From the NCBI GenBank assembly GCA_040954595.2, contig CM082585.2, forward strand, positions 7,465,808 through 7,529,807: a stretch of DNA of 64,000 bases. Direction: 5' to 3'. Of this stretch, positions 14,134 through 25,259 are shown piece by piece. The notes beneath the pieces are model-generated. The model worked only from the letters and a program-made list of their open reading frames with translations, searched no databases and was not told the origin of the DNA. Each line of letters opens with the position of its first letter. Position 1 is the stretch's first letter. This DNA comes from Balanoglossus misakiensis. Taxonomy: Eukaryota; Animalia; Hemichordata. A program made the translations under genes and the position numbers.

Positions 14134-17035
14134 CAAACACAAATTGGATTGTGGGTTTGTGTTTGACCGCTATGTCAAGAATAAAGACCATAGTCTTTCA
14201 CACCCTCTTTGATCATTATGTTGACACCTTTCTCCAGCCTATAATAGGCAGCGTATTATTTAGCTTCCGGCTATAGATGAACGAATGTAGGCCACATGGA
14301 TTATAGTAGGAAAGTTATGTAGGTTATGGGTTCGCATCTCAAATTAATGCAGAATTTTATCTGAATGTTATCAGTTTAATTATCATAAAAAAGACTATAT
14401 GGAACGACAGTCGTGGCGTCCATTGTGTACTACTGCAGTAAAAGATTGCCAACAACCACTACAATGAATCCACCGGCTGTCGGTGTACTACTAGTCCTGG
14501 TTTGTATAATGACCTCCAGAGATCGAGATAATTGCAAAATAAGCGGTTGTCATCGCGACAGCGAAGCGCGACTTTTATCGAACGTGACGTTATTACATAT
14601 ACATGTATAGCACTTGTAAACGTTCAGCCTACGGGTAAATTTAGCGCTGTGTGTTTTGTTCGAGCAAAGGTTGTCGTTCTGTAAAAGTGCAAGCCACAAA
14701 GCTTTGCTGTACACGTCCCGTGTTTATCACCGCCTAAGCTTGTTTGCCCCACTCTCCTTTGTGGGTAAAAAAGCCACGACAGCACCAACGTCACTTAGAA
14801 CTAATCGGTTAAAGTTGACACTGCGCACATTCCGAACAAACGCATCGTGAGGAGATGTCTCATAGGATTACAGAGGCGCGTATTGTACAAAACTGAAAAA
14901 ATCTGTTGATGTTTGTCGAAAACACAACGCATTAGGGGCACAAGAGTGCTTGTTGTTTGCTGTGTAAACTTTTTGGTTTTTAACTGAATGAGAAATTGTC
15001 GTTTGTTAGGCGTGTGTCATGCGTTCAGACATTACATAATGACGTAATTTCCGGTACGCACCGGAAATCACGAAAGCGAAATACAGTACAGATTCTACCT
15101 AGGCCATTTTTGCTGCATTCTGACAGATCTGGGGTAGTAGACCGAAATCGCCTGTCAACATGTGTTCAGGTGTTGCAGAAATACTGGAATAAAAACAAGC
15201 TCAAATTTCTACCAATAACGCTTTCAAACATTGCTAACTATTCGCTGTCAGTATCATAGCAAAATCGATTATGCTAATACCAGTCTTTTTGGTCAGTGAC
15301 AAGCCTCGTGTAATCCGGGGCACACACAGCATGGCAGAATAAACCCTGGTGGATAATCTGTCTCAGCCCCCAGGCGGAATGTGTGCTTTTGACAGGCAAA
15401 AGCCACTCCACGCCGGCCAGAGGCAGCAAACATTGTCTGTGCTGCTTTAGCGCGGCAGTAAGTGCTGATACCGATCGACCTATTTTATTCCCGACTAATG
15501 GGCGGGCCACGCCGCGCGTTCCCCGCACCGGCCGAACGACCCTCCACTGTATAAATCCCATGCCTTTTTATCAAAGAACGGAATCTGTGAATGCATTATT
15601 TATTGCGAAACGAGAAAAAGAGTACAGCACAATCGCTGTTTGCTTTATTGGCTGTTGTTATCGTGCAGCGGACGTCCAATAACATCGTCTCATTTACGAA
15701 TCTTGGTATCGGTGAAATGGGTCTTTTCCGATTATTCTCAAACATTTGTCTGATTACCCAGGAAAGTTATGATTGGAAATACTTTTGCATCAATCATTCG
15801 CAGCGCGAAGAGGGGGAAAATTGAGTGCAACGTGAATAATTATTAAAATGTTTGATTTTGCGAACAGGTAAAAACTTTGAAGAAACCGCATTGTATGGTA
15901 TTGTAATGTATTGTATTGTACTGTATTGCAAATCCGAACAAACCATTCCAATTTGCGACAGTAGAGGAACGAATGTTTGATCCATTACGCGTTCCGTGCG
16001 TCATACGGCTCGGTTTCATTCTTAGAGAAATATGCAAAGAAGCACGAGAAAATGCGAGATTTCGAGAGCTCGCATTTCCGTTTCTGAAAATCCGTTGCCC
16101 AGGGTGACCTCTTCAGTGATCATAACGACCTAATCAACCGCGCTAAATACATCTGTCTTCGGTGCAGTTAACCCTTTAAAACATAACGTCTTTCAGAGTC
16201 TGTCCTTTGTCCCCCCCCCCCCAAAAAAAAATGTCCTCGTCGCAGCGATTGTTCTCGCGAGGCAGACTGCGGTGTCAAGGGGATATAAAACGATTGCCTG
16301 CATACAGTTTTGACAACAATAGGATTGTCGTGTGGTTCTTAAGAGCGAAGCGTTTCCCTTACTCTGAAAGAATGCTGTGCCTTGTCTCCTTGTCCCCTGG
16401 TGCCAGATGTTGATGCGACTGTTTTGACGGACATCATTCGAGATGTCTACGAAAATAGATTTTAGTCACGTGACCTCAACTGAGGACGCAGCCTATAATT
16501 TGACGGAAAGTGTTAAGCGGTCCATGCCATGACATTGAAAGTTGCAAATACCCGCCTATGCATGGGTTGATCTGGTCATTCTCACTGTGCATGTTTATAG
16601 GCATAGTGGGACCAAAACAGGGGTAGGATGGGATATTTCCCATCCGTTGGTTTTATTTTAAACAAAAATTAAAAAAAGATAAACAGCGAGAGGTGTTCCT
16701 CAGATTTGCTGTGACTGACACAACCGATCAGTCACGTTTCTGCGCGACAACGACAGACAATTTTTGTTGCGTATCACGCAAAGAACTTTTTTTTTCTATT
16801 GAGATCTTGGATCGTGATTGGAGTGGGTAATGTGGTCGCTTTGATTATGATACGAACAGTGGAATTGTCCGTCCATGAATGTGTTCACCATGCACAAACA
16901 ACGTGCGTGATACCATCTTTACTGCAGAAGATCTCAATCTGTGAGCAATTTATGGCGTAGGCCTATATGTCAAAAGCCTTTTTAGTACATTAACCTCGGT
17001 TTTTTTCTTGTTTTTAATTTTTCCCCAACAGAGTA

Positions 17036-17213
17036 ATGACCTTTGGTAGAGTTCGTCCCAGCCCCAAGTGGGCCCGCGGGCGGAAGTCCGAATACCGGGA
17101 GAAGAAGCGATACGTAGCCAATGTTATCCGAGTGACTTTGGTGATTGGTAGCCTTGCGTTGCTTGCGGCGAAGACCGCCTCTTTCAAATCAACATCGAAT
17201 ACCGAATATCAAG
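17036..17213 (+). CDS. SLC24A: NCKX coding exon 1 (basic N-terminus + hydrophobic signal/TM0)
   Basis: Polypyrimidine acceptor ending 17031 (so an upstream UTR exon exists), ATG at 17036, donor G|GTAGG in phase 1 matching exon 2. Confidence 0.75.
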
Positions 17214-20200
17214 GTAGGACCCAAAAAACGATACCTTCATTAGCACGCTCCGACCATCTCTGAAAGGAAGGCCGATTATTTCCGACCATCCCCGAAGGGA
17301 AGGCCGATTATTTCCGATTGGTAGCATGTTACAATATAAAAGGATGGCATCTGTATTATAATTCTGCGTGGAATTAAATTCAGTTGTCAATCTTGAAAGG
17401 GGGGGAGTGCAGAGTGCACCTGGAAAAAGCTTATTACGAGGGAAGTTGGGCAGGAAGTATCGCTTTGCTGTGTATAGCTAGCTCTCTGTCCAATTAGACT
17501 AATTGTCACACTTCGACGTTGTAATTGAAGCCGAGGCATTTATAGGACTCTTGTTCCAGATGACAGGTGAAACAGGACGACAGGGAGCAATGCAGAAGAG
17601 TCGACGTGCGCAAATGCCAGTCGTCATTAAAGCTTATGAGTGTTAGGGCAGTAGAAACGCATGCAATTTCTGTTCAAAATGGCGGCGTGATAGGTTCGGT
17701 CGTATTTTTTTGAGGCTCAGTTGCGCGCACAAATCATCGCTTTGCAACTGAAGAATATTGGGGACATGTTGTTACAACATTCACTGGGAGCAGATGGGTA
17801 AATCGGAAGGATTATTGAGAGTGACGCAATAGAGGCAAATCATCTCCAAAGCGTGACTGGAGGTTTCCATGGCGACCACCATCCGGACTATTTAGAACTT
17901 GATTAGCTTGCTCGTCGATCTATTGTAAATCGCGAAGACTTCATCATACTTGGAACTTAATTGCATGATCACTTAATTATAAAATCTTACATGTACCGCA
18001 GTGTGATATTGTGCTAATTGAAACCGATCGATCAACTCTCACTGAATTCGTGTCGGCCTGATACCAAAACGTGAGGAAATAAATCTATTGCTGGATGATC
18101 AATGTTTTGAAATGTTTACCGAAGACAATCTGGACAGTACCCGCCTCTGTAAAATAATCAGGAATGTGTTTCTCTCGGTTTGCTGTGCATGACATCGGTT
18201 CAGATATAACATTCGGATGGCTCGCGGAATATCCTTGATAATATCGACGTCGCCGAAGCGGAAGGTTCTGTCATTTACGCCGTTTTCGCGAACATATGAA
18301 GCAGAACTACCGCTGTCATATAAAGAAACGCGTTATCACTGCAATCAACACACGTCAAATAGGCTATACCAGGTTCCATGCATATCGTCTCGTTGCGACC
18401 ATCGTGTATACTATGTTATTGAAACTATGACGCCTGTCTTGAAATAGATGGACTGGATGAAATGTGCACAGGCCTTCGCGTAACCGCAGACATAGAGAAA
18501 GACGCAGACAACAATTCAAGTCTTCTTTGGTTTGGTAGATGTAAAGAGGCTGTGTATAGACTGAGCATTTTCGAAAAGGAATCGCTAAGCATAGTCCTTA
18601 TATTGTGTACTTGGCTAATTGTATTTGAACGGCGCTTATCTTGTCTCCAATACCCGCAAGCGATGCCGTAGAAGTTGTAAAGACCGTAGAAAAGGCGTTT
18701 AATAATTCAAACACGACATCCAATAACACTTCCTTCATAATTTAATTCGAATCTGAGTTTCGCCGTCCAGACATGATAAATTTACAGCAGTTTGAGATGA
18801 TTACTTTATTTGTGTAGTACACGTTGCGTAAATTTTAATTTCAAGTTTACTATTGTAATAATCGAAACGAGCATAATTGAGCATGAGGATTCTTCTTGCG
18901 AAATCAAATTAGCGCATTGTAATTGTCCACGTTCGCGTTTAATGTTTAAAGTCGGTACAACTGTGGTTGGATTAGGAAGTACACAATATGGTTGTAACTC
19001 GCTTATTTGAATTTGTATTAATCAATATTGCCATGGCAACTAACGCACCACGTTTTCATAATCATGTTTCATAATCATGGGAATTGTAACGAGGACAACA
19101 CTTTGCCAAATGTTTACAATGTATGTTGTGTCATGAGCACATAGCTCCACATCTCATCGTCCATCATGCTCGTCTTCACGGGTTGGGGACGCTTCGTTGA
19201 CCACGTGTCCTCGTTGTCACCAGACCGTCCCCTCTCGTGGTTTCACGGTCATTTCTTGTCTGTGCCCCGTCGGCATACCGGTTCCACACGCACCCTATTT
19301 AGCAGTGTCCCGAAGTCGATGACAGGTCAAACCCAGAGGTTGAGCAGTCGAGGAGAATCAATGCTTCTAAATAGATCGATGATTACTTTTTGTGGGCCCT
19401 TCCAAAAATGGATGTCCGTCGTCAAGGTACACTTCGTCACTACTGCAGCTATGTTCGTATCAAACAGGCGTGGACGGTGTTTTGTTTGTGTGTGAGTTGA
19501 ATTTTAACCATGACGGGTGTTGAAGACGCCGTGACTCTTAAAAATGTTATGTCCATCCGTCCGTGCAAAAGGGTCAATTCACGGAAAAGGTCGGGTGGCT
19601 CCAAAGAGCGGACTCAGTCTACATGCCTGAACTTCAACGTGAGAAGGTTAAATGGGCCAAGTCGCAGAACTTTTGGTCATATGTATTCTCATGATATACA
19701 CGTGTACAGGACGTGGGATGAGTGGTAGAAAGAGACCATTGAGCAATAGTTTCACACTCAATATACAAAAATTAATAAAGTACCAGAAGACTGATGAAAC
19801 TTCCCAGCAGTATAATACAATTAAAAACAATAGGTTGGGCTACTCCATTGTTTTCTTTCTTGAGGGACTGTTGTTTAAAGAACGTAAGGCTATTCTTGAC
19901 ATAACTGGAAAGAACAGACTTCGGACTATTTTGTAAGATTGTCGTTGTAATAACAAACAGTAACGGAATTACAACAGAGTGTTTGCGAAACTAGGGTGCG
20001 TTTGTCGTCTTCGACACCAAGGACGCTAACACAACAAGGCGAGCAGTCGGGAACGCACGGCCGTCAAGGATGGGGCCTTATTAGATGTCCGACGGTCATG
20101 GCTTGTTTCGTAGAGAAAAAAAAAAACTTCGAGAGGTGTTGTCAGGGTGTTGCCGATGAATACGGTGGTTTTTATTTGTGGATCGAGCATTATTATGCCG

Positions 20201-23200
20201 GTAAACTGTCGCTTGCTTGTTTTTTCTTCCCGCTGAAAGGTCTGAAAGGGGACAATAGGAGCGAGTGTTTTGTGTTGGGGCTCATTTCTGCACAATGGTT
20301 GGTAAGAGAGAGAGGGTATACAATCATTCACACGATTCAAGGCGGCCACAATGCAGACCTCTCTCTCTGTGGGCAAAGTTGTTTTAGACGGCCGCGAACA
20401 CACACTTATGAACGCCGCATTTGCGTCACCGGGAGTCGGAAATCATTGACGGGGTGTTTGAATACCGGCCAGCCCCGAAGCAGAGCGCACACGGCAATAC
20501 ATCGTATTAAACGCGCAGTCGAAATCACCCGCAAAATATATAAATTGCTGTCTCTGTTTCCTCCGCTCCCCGCCACGTTCGCACATGCGCACTTTGGAAT
20601 TCTGTTTTTTACACATCGAAGGATTCATACAGTTATATTTGTCTGTGTTATTTCGAAGAATACATATGCCGTGAACTCATTTCAGTAATGTAAACCAGAT
20701 TCATCATCCACGCTAATAATTAGGCGGGATAATACACTTCTGTCGTTCGCCAGACTCTGCGTGTATCCCTTCAGAATTCAAAGTACTTACTTGCATGGAT
20801 ATTACATTTTCAATCATTAATCTGTAAATGCGCAGTATGAGTTTGTATAGCTCCAAAAAAGATTTCTAATCACGTTTTATAATTCCCAATCTTAGCGGTG
20901 ACGCTTTTTTTGAAATTGCTGCAACAGCGATCTGATTCCTGTATTACGTCTATATAAATATTTGAAATATCCTGTTTTTTTAACAATAACGCGAAAATCA
21001 ACGTCTCGGTAGAAGAGATTTCTGTTATCTTTCTAAGGCTTATTTTGATTCTCTGAAGGACTGTGCTTCTTCACGAATCATTACAGAAAACGGATAAACA
21101 CTGTAGCCTACATGTACACTACACTGGTCATTTGCGTACTTCTCGTCGCGGTATTAAACTTGCGATATGATAGCTAACTCTCAGAGATTAGCGCTGAACC
21201 CAAGCTTCGGTTATCAATATTGCTGCTCAACTCGAAATGACTGCAGGGGGGGGGGGGGGGAGGATACTGAGCAGGGTCGGTGCCTGTGCGTTTGCAATAG
21301 CGATTAAAGCACATTTCTATTAAAAATACATGTCTTTATCTAACAAGGTAGTTGTCTGAGACCTCACAGACTACCAAAGAGACGTTTCCACTCGAGGGTG
21401 TATTAATTATTAATCAATCGTTTTAATGTTTATTTTATTATCGTAGGTGTGCAGTTTTCATCCCGTCAGCTACTCCAAAGTACCGTGAGCGTGACGGCGA
21501 GCGCCACCACAGCTAACATTTCTGCTACCACCGAGGACCACGCCGAACACGTTCCACCATGGGAGAGATGTGATTATGAAATTGCCCACTATGGCTATGC
21601 ATGGGTTGTATTCTATGCCTTTTTAATCTTGGTCAGTTTCATAGGTAAGTACATAGATTGTGGGATAACCGGGGGAAATTGTCGGCGATTTATTTGTCTG
21701 GTTTTTAGTCGGGTAGTAGGTTAGGCCCTAAACCTATGTACATAGACAAGTTACCATCAGGTCGTTTCTGTTCGTTTGTTTGGTATTTGACATCGCAATA
21801 TTTCTGATTTGCCAACAGCTCTTGCCATCATTTGCGATGACTTCTTCGTACCATCTTTGGAAGTCATCTCGGAGAAGCTGGAACTCTCCGAGGACGTTGC
21901 AGGGGCGACTTTCATGGCAGCGGGCTCGTCCGCTCCGGAGTTATTTACATCAGTGGCCGGCGTTGCCCAGGAGACCGATGTCGGCGTTGGCACCATTGTC
22001 GGCTCGGCGGTTTTTAACATCCTCATCATCATAGCATTGTCGGCAGCCCTTGCTGGCAAGGTAAGTGTGTCACTGTCAAACATCGACTGCAATGAAGTCC
22101 AGATTTATTGTTCTTAGGTAGGGGGAGGGCCGGGCCAGTGGTAGGGAGGTTTTGAAGAGCCGCATCTTAGACTTTTATAGCTAGTTTCATGAGCCTATAC
22201 TACTGATCAAGGCATTCATTCTAGTGACAATTCATTACAGTGCGCCCTCTATGACACTTTTTTGAATGCTTTTGTTTTTAGATGTCAACATGACTGATTC
22301 AACGAAATTTGTAAAAAACAAGAGATGGAAAAATATAATCCGGTTGATACAGTGCTTGTTAGAGGGCAGCATGTCTCTGTTACATTGTATATAATAATGT
22401 CTCAGAATGCAAATAAAGTTTTGATTCTTTTCTTCTCTTCTTGTAGGTGCTGCATCTGGACTGGCGTCCGTTGACACGCGACAGCGTATTTTATGCATTT
22501 TCAATTGCGTGCTTCATTGGCTTTTCCTGGAACGCCCAGATTGCCCTGTGGGAGGCCATTGTCTTGTTGGTGCTATATATTTTTTATATCGTGGTCATGA
22601 AATTTAATGTACATCTCATGAATTTCTTAGAAAGATTCACGTGGTAAGTCGGGATAATCCTGTGCGTTCAAATTAAAACACGTCATGCTCTTTTTACACC
22701 AAATATTGAAAGACTGCAGATTTTTTTAAGTTGTGTGAATTTGTTGAGAGATTTAGAAGATTTAAATGAAGTGATATACAAGTTGATGTCCTGTTACTTT
22801 GTCCACGTTGTTTCCAGTGCTTGCTGTCGACCGGAAGTCGTGCCGATCGACGCGGAGACTGGTGTGGAAGGCGAGACAGACACTACCACCTTGCCCGCTG
22901 ATGATACGCCAGTTATCAATCAACCTGACAGCGAGAATAACATCGCCAACAGCAAAGATGCTTTACCTCCCCTTAAAAAGGTATGATGTTACCTCCTGTT
23001 TAAGATAAAACAAATAGAAAATCTAAATCATAGGTTTATTTCATAAGATGCCGTGAAATTGTCAGTAACTGCAGCTTGACTTGCAAGCATGGCGCCGTTG
23101 ACACAACTTTAGTTATTTACTGAGGCTGGGGAAAAAATTAGTATATGATGATGTCAGAAGTTTGATTATGGGGAGCCATCATCTAGGAGGAAATAAGAAA

Positions 23201-25065
23201 TTGAGTAATGTGTTTTTCTGTTTCTTTTGACAGGATCGTAAACTCTCTGTTATATCAGTACAAAGTGCAGGCTCAGGTTCAAAGCATATCTTCCACCATG
23301 TAAAACATGGGGAACTCTCAGGAAACTTTGTAAGTACACAACATAGCAGACCACGCCAATATGGCAAATTCACAGTCTTTTGACTTCACTTGGTACCATT
23401 TCTGTTCTGACTTGAGAAGATCTTGATGTTGTTTTGCAAGCTAATACACATTGGTTGTTAAAGTGCTCAGTACTCTAGACCAGCTTGTAATTGTAACTAT
23501 GTAAGCAAAAAGTAATGTGTGTTGATAGCTTACTGTAATATGTCATGAAGTATTCACATGCTGTACCAATGAGTTGAGCTGTAACAACCAGTGTTATAAT
23601 CCTAAGCTGTATAAATAATTTATGAGTATGCATGCTATTTAGAGATTGGTTTAGAATAGTGGCTTTTTAATTACCATAGTTTTCAAGTGTCAAAATTGCT
23701 GAGTAAATGTAAGAGTGAAACAGTTTGTTGCCACTATACAAATGTTTTAAAAGTCAAAACTTGTAAACTTGTCTTTAAAATTGTGTGAAAAAATAATTGT
23801 TAGTTATTTAATTTTCACCTGAATCTTTTCTTGTGTCTGTGGGACTGAAAATAATTCTCTGGACTAGTATTCTGTAGTATGGTCTTTTCCATAGTACAGA
23901 GTATAACCTTTCAACCCACAGATGCATGTTTAGATTTTTCTTCTCTGCTTTGAGTGGCGCAACCAACCCCTTCTTTCTGTGCACTTACCTGTAATAACAC
24001 GTACCTTAATTCTGCTTTGTTAATATTAACATCACGGCGATAATAATAATTTTAATACAGTGTGCAGTGCTGGTGTTGCTTGCCTAGTCAAACAGTGAGC
24101 ATGATTATCTATTGACTAAATCCCCTACTAGCTGCCAAGTGTTTCCCGCCAAAAAATCACTAAAAAAGTGTATTTGCTCTTTTTTTCCCATTCCGTCTCC
24201 CCCTGCCTGCACTTTTTCTCTTGCTTGCTCAATTCCATCACTTTGGTCCTCGTGATCTTTGAACTTTGACCTGCATTCGTTCCTCTGCCGTTGCTCAATT
24301 CCATCCAATCCGAATCATCCCACGTGTCATATAATTACCATATTGAATCAAATTAATGCAAATCTTCCGGATCTAATTCAATTAACGCTGCCATTGCACC
24401 AGACCTCTTCACAAGGAGATTTACGGAATCATAATGTAAATGAAACCAACGCGAAACATGCAAATGGCAGTGTTAGCAATCAGGAACACGTAGCTTTAAC
24501 GGATGTAAGTAATGTATTTAACAGTCTGGCACTGTCTGTGATAGTTGTGATTTGTGTTAAACAAGTAGACTTAGTCTAGTCAAATGCAGTCAGATTAAGC
24601 CAGTCCATGTAGACTGCATGGTTATCTGTTCTGTAACTGCAGCTCAAGAGCCAAGGCATACTTAAGTGGCTTAGGGAGTCTTTGACTCCCCATGATTTCT
24701 GAGCTGTTCTGAATACTCCCTAGCTGCCTCAATAAATGTTAAACTTCTACCAGAGCGCGAGCTCACTGGCATATATTCGTGACTTGTTCACCTCTGACCA
24801 TTCTCTGGTGATCCTTCTAATTCTGACTCTGAAGGCCAACAAACGCCCATCCATTGCTGTGACTAGCCTGGAACTGACTGGGTTGGATCTGAAGAAGGCC
24901 GCTGCAAATGCTGAAGCCAATGCCGTCCATGAAGATGTAAGTCAATCTCAGTTGAAATTGTATTAGGCAGCATTTTCCTGGAATATAATAATTGTACATG
25001 TAATCATGCACCCCTAGTATAACCATACTTGAGTGGCATGTAGAAGATGTAATGATGATGATTGT

Positions 25066-25103
<38 letters not shown>

Positions 25104-25120
25104 GTGGTGGTGGTGGTTAA

Positions 25121-25184
<64 letters not shown>

Positions 25185-25210
25185 GTGTCGGTGGTGGTGG
25201 TGGTGGTTAA

Positions 25211-25259
<49 letters not shown>

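Noticed and set aside
15047-15068. Small hairpin ATTTCCGGT-ACGC-ACCGGAAAT
   Set aside because: Isolated 9-bp stem with no TSD or element boundaries.
1-16900. Short ORFs in the first 17 kb
   Set aside because: None resembles a known protein or forms a phase-consistent exon chain; treated as non-coding.
19996-20688. 230-aa ORF in NCKX intron 1
   Set aside because: GTG start, no recognisable domain, random composition, runs through homopolymers.
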